Positions 8,408-17,768 of a DNA stretch of 64,000 nt are shown here, in pieces (positions within the stretch are counted from its first letter, which is position 1; each line of letters starts with the position of its first letter). Both the position numbers and the translations under genes were made by a program. The notes below the pieces were generated by a model that saw only the letters and a program-made list of their open reading frames with translations, was not told the origin of the DNA and made no database searches. The DNA comes from an uncultured Bacteroidota bacterium (lineage in GTDB: Bacteria; Bacteroidota; Bacteroidia; Bacteroidales; SZUA-534). Where the stretch lies: contig CAMHPA010000011.1 in assembly GCA_946186925.1 (NCBI GenBank), positions 5,130-69,129 of the forward strand. The letters are read 5' to 3'.

Positions 8408-11002
8408 TTACAAATCCTGTGAGCTGTACCTGATGCCGATAACCAGGATATCATCAACTTGGTCGTAGCGGCCGCGCCACTCGTCGTGTTCCTTTTTAAT
8501 CAGCTCTTTCTGCTCTTTCATAGGCAGCGATTTGATGTTATCGAGAAACTCTTTGAACCGTTTGGTCAGATATTTCTTGCCGTCGCCACCGCCAAACTGG
8601 TCGATGATACCATCAGAGAAGATGTAGAATTGGTCGCCAGGATTGAACGGATGCTCGTGGTTTGTATAGGAATTGTTTACTGATGTGTTACCCGAGATGT
8701 TGCTTGTAATAGGGATTTTGTCGCCTTTTAGTTCAACGAATTCGTTGTTTGAGTACAGATACATTGGTCGGAGCGCACCAGAGAACTCGATGGTGTGTTT
8801 CTCCTTGTCGATGACTGCAATGGCAATGTCCATGCCATCGTTGTTCTGGTCGCGTAAGCCTTCGCTTTTCAGCGATATTTTGATTTTTCGGTTCAGATGC
8901 TTCAGAATCTCAGCCGGATGCTGTACGCCATTGTGTATAACGATGGAGTTGAGCAGATAGCTGCCGATAATCGACAGAAAGGCGCCCGGCACACCGTGTC
9001 CGGTGCAGTCGACAGCTGCAATGAAGTATTTGTTGTCGATTCGGTGATACCAGTAGAAGTCGCCGCTTACAATGTCTTTCGGCATAAAGAGCACGAAGCT
9101 GTCGTTGAAATCGCGTTGTATCTGTTTCACTTTCGGCATCATGGCTGTTTGAATGCGTTTAGCGTAGCGTATGCTGCCGAAAATCTCGTTCTGTTTTGCT
9201 TCAATCTCGTCTTTTTGCAGCAGGGCAAGGTTGCGTTGCTTTTCGGCTTCGGCTTTCTGCTGCTCGACACTCATCTCGTATAGTTTCAGCTGTGTGATGT
9301 TGGTGTCCACGGCGATTATGAGAGTCACGTTGTCTTGGGCGTCGAGAATAGGGGTAAGGGTGGTTTGCATCCAGATGCTGTCACCATTGTCGTCAGATTT
9401 TTCTTCCGACTCGTACGATGCGGCCACCTTCTGGTTCAGGCAGGTTGAAAGCGCGTTTTTCAGGCTTTCAGGGGTTGCGCTGACATCGACAATGTTTATG
9501 TGCGGTCCGGCCTTGTATTCTTCAAGGGTTTGGTTGATGATTTTTGCAAATGCGGCGTTGAACCAGTCAATCTCACCATTTGGCTTGAATATCGAAATTC
9601 GGTTGTTCGACAGGTTGGTTACTTGTGATATTTTGCTCAACTCGTTGTTTTTCAGTTGCAGCAGCTCTTTTTGCGCCCGCAACTCTTCGCGCTGGTCTTG
9701 CAGCGTGTTCTTTTGCTGGATAAGCTCTTCGCGTTGCGAGTTCAACTCGTCGTTCTGCTGGTTAATCAGTTCTGTACGCTTCTTGATGCTTTTTTCCATG
9801 TTCTGGCTCATCTCATAGTATTCGGCGCGTGATTTCACAAACTTCCGTCCGAACTGAACCATTGAGAGTGCCGACAGCGTCAGCAACGCAATTTTCACGC
9901 AATGCTCGCTGGTATAGACGAACATGCCTATTTCTGTGTCGATAATGTTTTTGTATACCAGCGATACCAGTATTGTGCCCGATACAATCACATGGATAAT
10001 AAATCCTGTGTTATCTTTGAGTTTATTCCTGTTGCTTATCACGCAGTAGAAGAAATAGGTGAACGTCAGGAAGATAAACGTGTTCAGAGCTAGAAGTCTG
10101 AATACGTGCTCAAACGATAGCAACGACAGGAATGTTGTCAAAAGGCCGAGTATTATCATCAGATTCGATGGGTCGGCTTTCAGCTTTTTGAACGGTTTCG
10201 GCGACAGGCAGTACTTTTGATAATAGATGAAGGCTGTCAGCACCAGCGGTTTCATTATTTTGCTGAAATTGGCGTTGGCTGTTGGCGAGTTCGGGAAAAG
10301 ATATTTGAAAAATGTCAAATCGTAAACCAGCAGCAATATGGTGATGCAAATCATCAGCAACATGCTGGAAATGTAGAGCTTGTCTTTCTCTGATATGTAT
10401 AGCAGCAGCATGGCCAGAATGGTCAGCAGGGCAAGTGCGTACACAAGTCCGTTCATTGTTTGGTTGAATGTTCCTTCATCGAAGAACTGTTTGCCAGGCT
10501 TCATCTCGATTGGGACGTACATTACATTGTGCTGCGCCGTGAATTTTATGCAGTAGGTGGCTGTAACCGCAGGTGGTATTGTTACCACAAAGTTGTAGTT
10601 TTTCGAGTCGCTGGGGCGCTGCGAGAACGGGTAGTGCATACCGGTGTTGAAGAACGTTGAGTCGATTACCGAGTGGAATACCAGCTCGTCGATGTGCGGA
10701 TTTCTTAGACTCAGGAAAAACGACTGCCTGCTTTTTGAGCTGTTTTTCACAAGGATAAGTACCCAGATGTCGTTCTTGTTTCCGCCAATTCTAACAATGT
10801 TGTTTTGTAGCTGTGTGTAGTTGCGGAAGAATTTTTCCGATGTCGCGGTTTCGAATGTCAAACCGCCTGTGGGGTCTTCATAATAGAAGATGTTTTCTGA
10901 AAGGTCTATAGGCTTGTCGGCGTTGGCGTCGGTTATGACAATCTCGCCTTGGCTCAAAAAGGCCAAACTCAACAATAGTAATATGATTGTCAGCCGCTTC
11001 AT
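8408..11002 (-). CDS. 7TMR-DISM sensor with coiled-coil, PAS-like region and C-terminal PP2C/SpoIIE serine phosphatase domain
   Basis: Signal peptide, extracellular domain, then seven hydrophobic helices (aa ~185-390). A Q/E/L-rich coiled coil follows (NQQNDELNSQREELIQQKNTLQDQREELRAQKELLQLKNNEL). SpoIIE motifs: VSGDFYWYH, AAVDCTGHGVPGAF, DGMDIAIAVID and FSDGIIDQFGG. Confidence 0.85.
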   Translation of the reverse strand: MKRLTIILLLLSLAFLSQGEIVITDANADKPIDLSENIFYYEDPTGGLTFETATSEKFFRNYTQLQNNIVRIGGNKNDIWVLILVKNSSKSRQSFFLSLRNPHIDELVFHSVIDSTFFNTGMHYPFSQRPSDSKNYNFVVTIPPAVTATYCIKFTAQHNVMYVPIEMKPGKQFFDEGTFNQTMNGLVYALALLTILAMLLLYISEKDKLYISSMLLMICITILLLVYDLTFFKYLFPNSPTANANFSKIMKPLVLTAFIYYQKYCLSPKPFKKLKADPSNLMIILGLLTTFLSLLSFEHVFRLLALNTFIFLTFTYFFYCVISNRNKLKDNTGFIIHVIVSGTILVSLVYKNIIDTEIGMFVYTSEHCVKIALLTLSALSMVQFGRKFVKSRAEYYEMSQNMEKSIKKRTELINQQNDELNSQREELIQQKNTLQDQREELRAQKELLQLKNNELSKISQVTNLSNNRISIFKPNGEIDWFNAAFAKIINQTLEEYKAGPHINIVDVSATPESLKNALSTCLNQKVAASYESEEKSDDNGDSIWMQTTLTPILDAQDNVTLIIAVDTNITQLKLYEMSVEQQKAEAEKQRNLALLQKDEIEAKQNEIFGSIRYAKRIQTAMMPKVKQIQRDFNDSFVLFMPKDIVSGDFYWYHRIDNKYFIAAVDCTGHGVPGAFLSIIGSYLLNSIVIHNGVQHPAEILKHLNRKIKISLKSEGLRDQNNDGMDIAIAVIDKEKHTIEFSGALRPMYLYSNNEFVELKGDKIPITSNISGNTSVNNSYTNHEHPFNPGDQFYIFSDGIIDQFGGGDGKKYLTKRFKEFLDNIKSLPMKEQKELIKKEHDEWRGRYDQVDDILVIGIRYSSQDL

Positions 11003-11050
11003 CGTTAGTTGTCAACAAGCCATAAATATAGCAAAAAATATTGCCGATGT

Positions 11051-13048
11051 TTATTCTTTGTTGAATTTGCTTAAACCTTTATCCAAAAAATCTACAAACT
11101 CATTGACATTCAGGTTGTAACCCATCGGGTCGGCAAGCAGGTTGCCGTCGGTGTCGAGCAGGCAGTAGTAGGGTTGGGCGTTGATTTTAAAGCGGCTTAT
11201 CTGAAAATCGGCGTTCACCTTGCCGATGCTTTTCTTCACTTTTCCGTCGTAGTCCGATGTCACCCATTCCGACTCGGGCAGCTCGGTTTTGTCGTCAACA
11301 TACAGTGCCACAACAATATAGCCGTTGCGCAGACGGTCGAGCACTTCGGCGTCAGCCCACACGCGGGCTTCCATCTCGCGGCAGTTGACGCAGCCGTGGC
11401 CAGTGAAATCGATAAACAGAGGTTTGTTTTGCTCTTTGGCGCATTCGAGTGCCTGCTCGTAGTCGAAATAGCCTTGCAATCCGTGCGGAAGGCGCAGTAG
11501 GTCAGCGTATTTTGGAGTGCTGCATAGATTATCGTCGTAGTCATCAGTGTTTTGTGGTGCCGAGAGGTCGAAATCGATGGTGGTCTGCGGCGGCAGATAT
11601 CCCGAAAGGGCCTTCAGTGGTGCGCCCCACATTCCTGGAATCAGGTAGATTGTGAAGGCCGTTGTGAGCAGTCCGAGCAGCAGACGGAACACTTTCGGCG
11701 GGTCGTTTTTTGTCTCGCCAATCTGCAGTTTTCCAAGCAGGAACAGGCTCAACAGGGCGAAAACGGCAATCCAGATGGCCAGATAGACTTCGCGGTCAAG
11801 AATGCCCCAGTGGTAGGTTTGGTCGGCCACGCTCAGGAATTTCAGACCGAGCGCAATCTCAATAAAGCCCAGCGTAACCTTAACCGTGTTGAGCCAACTG
11901 CCTGATTTTGGCAGTTTTGTGAGCCACGACGGAAAAAACGCCAGCAGCGTGAACGGCAGCGCAAAGGCCGCCGAGAAGGCCAGCATTGTGATAATCGGTT
12001 CCCAAATGTCGCCTTGAGTTGATTTCACAAGGATGGTGCCCACAATGGGCCCAGTGCACGAGAACGACACCAGAACCAGCGTCAGCGCCATAAAAAGCAC
12101 GCCCACTAGTCCGCCACGGTTCGAGTTTGAGTCGGCTTTGTTGATTAGCGAGCTGGGCAGAACAATCTCGAAAGCGCCCAGAAAAGATGCGGCAAACACC
12201 ATAAAAATGATGAAAAACAGCACGTTGGGCAGCCAATGCGTTGAGAGCCAATTAAAAATGTCTGCTGTAACCGATTGCCCGCCAATCAGATAGGTAGCCA
12301 AAATGATGATGGCGATGGGAATGGTGTAGAGCGCCACAATCGCCAACCCGAAAGCCGATGCCATTGAGCGTGAGCGGCCTTTGTTCTGCTCGTTTTTCAG
12401 GAAGAACGACACTGTCATTGGCACCATCGGGAAGACGCACGGTGTGAGCAGCGCGGCAAAGCCCCACAGAATGGCTTCGAGAATCACCTTCCAAATTGAG
12501 TTTGAGTTTGCGGTGTGCACAACGGGCTCGCTTTCAATGATTTTTGCGTCGTTGCTAGGCTCGGCGGGGGCGTGAACAGAGCTCTGTCCGCCGTCGAGCA
12601 GCGACAGGCTGAACTCTTGGTCGCCCATCACGCACATCTCGTCGGAACAAGTCTGGTACTCAATTTTTCCGCTCACCGTGGGGGCGGGGCCAGTCACTTT
12701 AAATGTCTGCGCAAAAACGGCTTCGTTGCAGAAATAGCGCACAACGGCGCCGGCAATCTCATCTTTTTCTTCAGTCACTTTCGACAATTCTCGCACAGTG
12801 TCAACGCGCTCAACATCAGTCAGTTGCTCAAACGAGAAACTTGTCGGCAGCGAGTAGTTGCCTTTTGGCAGATACTGCGCAAAGATGTGCCAGCCTGCGT
12901 CAATCTTGGCTTTGAAGTTGATTTGGTATTCATTCTCGCCGGTTTTCTGGCTGCTGATGTCCCATTTAACGGGATTCTGGATTTGCGCGCTCACAGCTAT
13001 CGAGCAAAACGCGAAAAGTGTTGTGAAAGTTCGTTTTAGAATGTTCAT
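11051..13048 (-). CDS. dsbD: DsbD-like thiol:disulfide interchange protein (N-terminal periplasmic domain, CcdA-type membrane core, C-terminal thioredoxin)
   Basis: Signal peptide MNILKRTFTTLFAFCSIAVSAQ (ATG at 13048). Membrane core with LLTPCVFPMVP and SFSCTGP cysteines. C-terminal thioredoxin fold with FTGHGCVNCREME (CxxC). Confidence 0.85.
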   Translation of the reverse strand: MNILKRTFTTLFAFCSIAVSAQIQNPVKWDISSQKTGENEYQINFKAKIDAGWHIFAQYLPKGNYSLPTSFSFEQLTDVERVDTVRELSKVTEEKDEIAGAVVRYFCNEAVFAQTFKVTGPAPTVSGKIEYQTCSDEMCVMGDQEFSLSLLDGGQSSVHAPAEPSNDAKIIESEPVVHTANSNSIWKVILEAILWGFAALLTPCVFPMVPMTVSFFLKNEQNKGRSRSMASAFGLAIVALYTIPIAIIILATYLIGGQSVTADIFNWLSTHWLPNVLFFIIFMVFAASFLGAFEIVLPSSLINKADSNSNRGGLVGVLFMALTLVLVSFSCTGPIVGTILVKSTQGDIWEPIITMLAFSAAFALPFTLLAFFPSWLTKLPKSGSWLNTVKVTLGFIEIALGLKFLSVADQTYHWGILDREVYLAIWIAVFALLSLFLLGKLQIGETKNDPPKVFRLLLGLLTTAFTIYLIPGMWGAPLKALSGYLPPQTTIDFDLSAPQNTDDYDDNLCSTPKYADLLRLPHGLQGYFDYEQALECAKEQNKPLFIDFTGHGCVNCREMEARVWADAEVLDRLRNGYIVVALYVDDKTELPESEWVTSDYDGKVKKSIGKVNADFQISRFKINAQPYYCLLDTDGNLLADPMGYNLNVNEFVDFLDKGLSKFNKE

Positions 13049-13152
13049 ACCTGTATGGTTTGTTTTTGTAAAAATATGAAAATTGTTGGCTGTAGTTTCA
13101 CAAATCATTGTTTTTCTTATTCTTATTAACCAACTGAATCACAAAAACTTGA

Positions 13153-13194
13153 TAAAAAAAGCATTTTACAAAGTAGGAATCTTCGTAAAATGCT
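13153..13194 (-). terminator. rho-independent terminator downstream of the LytTR/kinase operon
   Basis: On the minus strand, a 10-bp stem (agcattttac / gtaaaatgct, 13160-13169 and 13185-13194) is followed by TTTTTTTAT (complement of 13153-13160). Confidence 0.55.
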
Positions 13195-13270
13195 GAAATA
13201 GCGGGATTATGTAAAAAATGTCCCGTATGTATATTCACTGAGCAAGTTATCAATACAATGATTATCCGTA

Positions 13271-13993
13271 TTACTGCACCGATTTCCGATTGACAAACTC
13301 GTTGAAGATGTCTTTGTACTTGTCGGCCACTGCAATAGGTTGGTCGTTGATAATCACGCAGTTGCGTTCGATTGATTTTATGGCGTCAAGCGCGATGATG
13401 TAAGAGCGGTGCACGCGCATAAAGCGGTCTTCGGGTAGCGTCTCCTCGAGCGATTTGAGGCTCATCAGCGTCAGAATGGGGCGCGGGCGCGATTTGAGCC
13501 ATATTTTCACGTAGTCTTTCAAACCTTCGAAATAGTATATGTCGCTGTAGTCAATCTTAATTTGCTTATAATCGGCTTTCACAAACATATAGTCGTTGCT
13601 TACAACAGGTTGCTTGCTGGATCGTTGCAGCGAGAACCATTCCAAAGCCTTGTTTGCGGCTGTCAGGAACTCGTTGTAGTCGAAAGGTTTGAGCAGATAG
13701 TCGAGCGCCTCCACCTTGAAGCCGTCGAGCGCGTATTTGTCGAACGCCGTGGTGAAGATGACGCGGTTCTTCTTGCGCAGTGTTTTCGACAGCTCCAGAC
13801 CGTTGAGTCCGGGCATCTGAATGTCGAGAAATAGCAGGTCGATTTGCTCGCGCGCCAGCAGGTCGAGAACCTCGAAGCCATTGATGCACTTGCCCTTCAG
13901 CTCAAGAAAAGGGGTCTTGTTCACATAGCTTTCAATCAGTTCGAGCGCCATTGGCTCGTCGTCGGCAATCAGGCAGGTTATTTTTTGTTCCAT
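13271..13993 (-). CDS. LytR/AlgR-family response regulator (REC + LytTR DNA-binding domain)
   Basis: REC motifs CLIADDEP, LLFLDIQMPGLNG and DYLLKP. C-terminal LytTR motif FMRVHRSYIIALDAI. Confidence 0.9.
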   Translation of the reverse strand: MEQKITCLIADDEPMALELIESYVNKTPFLELKGKCINGFEVLDLLAREQIDLLFLDIQMPGLNGLELSKTLRKKNRVIFTTAFDKYALDGFKVEALDYLLKPFDYNEFLTAANKALEWFSLQRSSKQPVVSNDYMFVKADYKQIKIDYSDIYYFEGLKDYVKIWLKSRPRPILTLMSLKSLEETLPEDRFMRVHRSYIIALDAIKSIERNCVIINDQPIAVADKYKDIFNEFVNRKSVQ

Positions 13994-14005
13994 ATAGTTT
14001 GTGGT

Positions 14006-15052
14006 TTAAATAGTATCAATCGATAGGTATGTGTAGTATTTCTCGTTCTCCACGCTGGTGACGAACTCCGATTTCCCGTTGTAGAGCAGTTCAAGCCGCT
14101 TGCGTATGTTCTCAAGTCCGATTGACGAGCCGCCAGAGAGGTCGGGGCCGGTTTTCTCGAAATAGGGGTTTTCGGTGGTGAAAATCACCTTTGTGCCGTC
14201 GATTTTCATTTCGAATTTCAGCTCCGACGTGCCAATGGGCTTGATGCCGTGCTTGAATGAGTTTTCGATGAGCGATATGAACAGGAGCGGGGCCACCATT
14301 ATGCCGAAGGTGTTCTCGGGGAACGAGTATTCGACTTTTGTGTTGGCCGACGTGCGCAGCTTCATCAGCTCAATGTACTTCGACATAAATGCGATTTCAC
14401 CGTCGAGCGGAACAAGCGCCGAGTTGGTCTCGTAGAGCAGATAGCGCATCAGCTTGCTCAGGTTATGGATGGTTTCTTTGGCGCGCTCGGGCGAGATGTC
14501 AACCAGCGAGTAGATGTTGTTGAGCGAGTTGAAGAAGAAGTGCGGTTGTATCTGATATTCAAGATGTTTTAGCTCGGTTTGCAGTTGTGCGTTGGCGCTT
14601 TCCTGCTGCTTGCGCTCCATTGCCTGCCAACGGTCGTAGGTCTTGAAGGCAATGGCTAGAACCAATGGCAGTACCATCATCAGCATATCCATTATCAGAC
14701 CCGTAACAAAAAACATTGGGCGATACGGAATCTGCCATACAAAATGGTGGAACAGATAAGGTTTCAGCGTTTGGTCGAGGTAGGCTAATGCTAACAGCAT
14801 AGCGGCATTGCTGAAAAAGAACAGCAACTTCTTCTTGCTTAGAAAAACCTTGTCAACCAATACTATATAGTTGACATAGAAGATGATGAAGCAGAAGAAT
14901 GTCGGAATCCACCAATGCTCCAAAACACCGGCAAACCTGAAGTTGTTGTGCAACGACAGTAGCACAGGCATTATTAAAATAAAAATCCAGACCGACAGAT
15001 GCACTAGCACTTTGAACAAGGTCGTGTTGCTCTCAATTGTCTCGTTGTTCAT
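14006..15052 (-). CDS. LytS-type sensor histidine kinase (membrane N-terminus, His_kinase + HATPase domains)
   Basis: Four or five TM helices, then the QIQPHFFFNSLNNIYSL phospho-acceptor box, then LLFISLIENSFKHG and GGSSIGLENIRKRLELLY. It lies 12 nt upstream of the LytTR regulator gene. Confidence 0.85.
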   Translation of the reverse strand: MNNETIESNTTLFKVLVHLSVWIFILIMPVLLSLHNNFRFAGVLEHWWIPTFFCFIIFYVNYIVLVDKVFLSKKKLLFFFSNAAMLLALAYLDQTLKPYLFHHFVWQIPYRPMFFVTGLIMDMLMMVLPLVLAIAFKTYDRWQAMERKQQESANAQLQTELKHLEYQIQPHFFFNSLNNIYSLVDISPERAKETIHNLSKLMRYLLYETNSALVPLDGEIAFMSKYIELMKLRTSANTKVEYSFPENTFGIMVAPLLFISLIENSFKHGIKPIGTSELKFEMKIDGTKVIFTTENPYFEKTGPDLSGGSSIGLENIRKRLELLYNGKSEFVTSVENEKYYTYLSIDTI

Positions 15053-15133
15053 ATCACTGCGTTTTTAACCTTAATAAACCAAGTTGTAATAATATGAAGA
15101 TTTTTTATTCAATCGCGGTTTTTGTTGACGTTT

Positions 15134-16102
15134 TTAGTTTGCATTATCGTTTTTCCTCCCGAACCGCATGAAAATGCCGGCCAGAATGGTGCCCGAAATT
15201 GAGTGCCAGGCGCACGATATGGCGCACGGAACAACGGCCAGCGGGTTGGTGGCCATAAAGAAATTGGTGGCCAGATTGGTGGCCAGTCCGGCGTTTTGCA
15301 TACCCACTTCGATGCTGATGGTGCGCTTTTTGGCCGTGTTGAATTTGAACAGCGTACCTGTCAGGAAACCAAGCAGATAGCCGATGGTGTTATGGCAGAA
15401 AACCACGCCGAATGTCAGAAGAAATATTGTCAAACCATTGGCAATCAGTTGGTTGTGAACAGCCGAGATGACGCCGCCCACAATGCAAGCCAGGCAGATG
15501 ACGCTCACGCCGGGCATCACACCCTGAATGGTTTTGAACTGCTCTTTGTGACCGAGCCAAAGGTTTAGCAAAAAGCCAAGCGTTACAGGTATGATGGTGA
15601 CAATCAGTATGTTTACAAACATTCCCACAGCATCAACAACCACACTCTGACCAGCCAGCCAAAGCACCAGCAGCGGCGTCACAATGGGCGCCAGCAGGGT
15701 GGAAGCGGTGGTCATCCCGACGGAAAACGCCACATCGCCCTTGCACAGGAAACTCATAATGTTGCTCGACACGCCGCCCGGGCAGCAGCCAACCAGAATA
15801 ATACCGATGGCCATCGGGGTATCGAGATTGAATATCCGCGTCAGCGACCACGCCACCAGCGGCATAATGGTAAACTGCGCGCACGCCCCGATGAAAATAT
15901 CGCCCGGCCGCGAGAAAAGTATTTTGAAGTCCTGCGTGGTGAGCGTCAGGCCCATTGTGAGCATTATAATGCCCAAAATGACCGTCTGTGTGTATCCCGA
16001 AACCCAGCGGAACGCCCCCGGCACAAAAAACGTGAACACCGCCGTGGCTATCACAAACCACGAGGCCTTGCTCGATAGTAACTGACTGATTTTTTGTAAC
16101 AT
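15134..16102 (-). CDS. bile acid:sodium symporter (BASS) family transporter
   Basis: About 9-10 TM helices. GCCPGGVSSNIMS and EVGMQNAGLA are signature-like motifs of the SBF/BASS family. Confidence 0.85.
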   Translation of the reverse strand: MLQKISQLLSSKASWFVIATAVFTFFVPGAFRWVSGYTQTVILGIIMLTMGLTLTTQDFKILFSRPGDIFIGACAQFTIMPLVAWSLTRIFNLDTPMAIGIILVGCCPGGVSSNIMSFLCKGDVAFSVGMTTASTLLAPIVTPLLVLWLAGQSVVVDAVGMFVNILIVTIIPVTLGFLLNLWLGHKEQFKTIQGVMPGVSVICLACIVGGVISAVHNQLIANGLTIFLLTFGVVFCHNTIGYLLGFLTGTLFKFNTAKKRTISIEVGMQNAGLATNLATNFFMATNPLAVVPCAISCAWHSISGTILAGIFMRFGRKNDNAN

Positions 16103-16118
16103 TGATTAAAGAATTGAT

Positions 16119-17693
16119 TTATTCATTTATCATCACCCGTTTTGCCGTACTGCCAACCTTCACAATGTAAATGCCGGCGGTGTTGATGTGGATTTCCGTA
16201 GAGACGTCACAATGTGGCGTCTCTGCAACCAACCTGCCCATTGTATCATAAACACAGATTTCATCTGTGGCGTTTTCAACCACAATGGTGTTGTCGTGGG
16301 CGTAGATGTTTATGTTGGTGGCTGTTTCGGTGATAATACCGACGGAAGATAAATCTGTTTTCCAAACAATCTCACCTTCAAAATTATATAAATTATTTCC
16401 AAGCCAATCTTTATCCCAATCATCAGGTCTTTCTTCCACATAACAATATATTGTAGCCTTACAATCTCCAAAAGCACAAACACCAATTGTTTTGACAGAA
16501 TTAGGAATGTTTACTGAAATCAAACCAATGCATTCACAAAATGAATATTTGCCGATGTTAGAAACCGTATTAGGTATGTCTATTGAAGATAACCCAATGC
16601 AATTTTTGAATGCATAGTTGTTGATGCTTGTAACCGAATTAGGAATGGTGTAAGAACCTGCTTTTTGTGCTGGACAACAAATGAGAGTCGTTTTATCTTT
16701 GTTAAACAAAACTCCATTTTCTGATGAGTATTTCGCATTATCGTCAGCAACATTTATTTCCTTCATTTTGATACAATCACCAAACGCGTTGTCGCCGATG
16801 TTTGTTACTGAACTTGAAATTGTTACATATTCCAAACCACCACAATCATAGAATGCAAAATCGCCAATGTTTGTTACTGAATTGGGAATGTCAACAACTG
16901 ATAGTCCGACGCAATGGTTGAATGCACTTTTGCCAATGTTAATAACTGAATTTGAAATAGTTATTGATGTTAGTTCTGTGCAATTATTAAACGCATATTC
17001 ACCGATGCTTATAACCGAATTAGGAATTTCAATTGAAGTCAGACCAAGACAAGTATCGAATGCATAATCTCCAATTTTTGTGACAGAATTTGGAATGTTT
17101 ACCAAAGTCAGGTCTCTACAACCCGAAAATGCATAATCACCAATGGTGGTGACAGATTCCGGAATTATTACAGAAGTCAAGCCACTGCCAGAAAAAGCAC
17201 TCTCACCAATACTTATAACAGAATTGGGTATGGTTATCGTAGTTAATTTCCAACAACTTGTGAATGTGTTGTAGCTAATACTTGTTAAAGAAGTAGGGAT
17301 TAATATTTCTTTCAATTCGTAACACCCCAAGAAAGCATATTCCTCAATAATAGATACGGTATTGGGGATATATACTGATGTGAGATTAGTACAATAACTG
17401 AACGCACCTCTGCCAATGCTTTTAACCCGGTCGGGAATACTAACAGATGTCAGACTATGGCAACCATCAAAAGCATCTTCACTAATATTTGTAACGGTAT
17501 AAGTTACATTGTTGTAATCTACTGTAGAAGGAATTACAAGGTCTCCTGAAAGTTCGTCAGTGTCTTTACTAACCGAAACCTCGTGTTTTGCGGTGTCGAT
17601 AATAGTGTATTTCAAGTTACCAACAACAAACTCTTGAGCAAGAGTCTGCCCAACAATCATTGTGGCAAATAGAAAAACGAAAAATCCTTTCAT
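16119..17693 (-). CDS. BspA-like leucine-rich-repeat surface protein with T9SS C-terminal sorting domain
   Basis: About 15 tandem ~23-aa repeats of the form IPNSVTxIGxxAFxxCxxLTS(I/V). Signal peptide MKGFFVFLFATMIVGQTLAQ. The C-terminal ~80 aa (NINIYAHDNTIVVEN...GIYIVKVGSTAKRVMINE) look like a Por/T9SS CTD. The gene is clearly more AT-rich than its neighbours (hand count ~35% vs ~55% G+C on single 60-nt lines). Confidence 0.85.
   Translation of the reverse strand: MKGFFVFLFATMIVGQTLAQEFVVGNLKYTIIDTAKHEVSVSKDTDELSGDLVIPSTVDYNNVTYTVTNISEDAFDGCHSLTSVSIPDRVKSIGRGAFSYCTNLTSVYIPNTVSIIEEYAFLGCYELKEILIPTSLTSISYNTFTSCWKLTTITIPNSVISIGESAFSGSGLTSVIIPESVTTIGDYAFSGCRDLTLVNIPNSVTKIGDYAFDTCLGLTSIEIPNSVISIGEYAFNNCTELTSITISNSVINIGKSAFNHCVGLSVVDIPNSVTNIGDFAFYDCGGLEYVTISSSVTNIGDNAFGDCIKMKEINVADDNAKYSSENGVLFNKDKTTLICCPAQKAGSYTIPNSVTSINNYAFKNCIGLSSIDIPNTVSNIGKYSFCECIGLISVNIPNSVKTIGVCAFGDCKATIYCYVEERPDDWDKDWLGNNLYNFEGEIVWKTDLSSVGIITETATNINIYAHDNTIVVENATDEICVYDTMGRLVAETPHCDVSTEIHINTAGIYIVKVGSTAKRVMINE
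16198..16226. repeat. near-perfect palindrome (AGAGACGTCACA / TGTGGCGTCTCT) embedded in the T9SS CTD coding sequence
   Basis: The sequence is gtAGAGACGTCACAaTGTGGCGTCTCTgc, 12-nt arms with one mismatch. In the gene frame it encodes AETPHCDVST. It shares the GTAGAGAC...GTCTCT arms with the palindrome at 17725-17758. Confidence 0.8.
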
Positions 17694-17724
17694 AATTGGT
17701 TTTGTTTAAATATCGTTATTTGGC

Positions 17725-17758
17725 ATTGTAGAGATGCGATTAATCGCGTCTCTACAAT
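17725..17758. repeat. 34-bp palindrome between DJ-1 stop and LRR gene start
   Basis: The sequence is attgtagagatgcgattaatcgcgtctctacaat, 17-nt arms with one mismatch (a G-U pair in RNA). The location suits a terminator or insulator, but no U-run follows on the minus strand. Confidence 0.8.
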
Positions 17759-17768
17759 AATACCTGAA

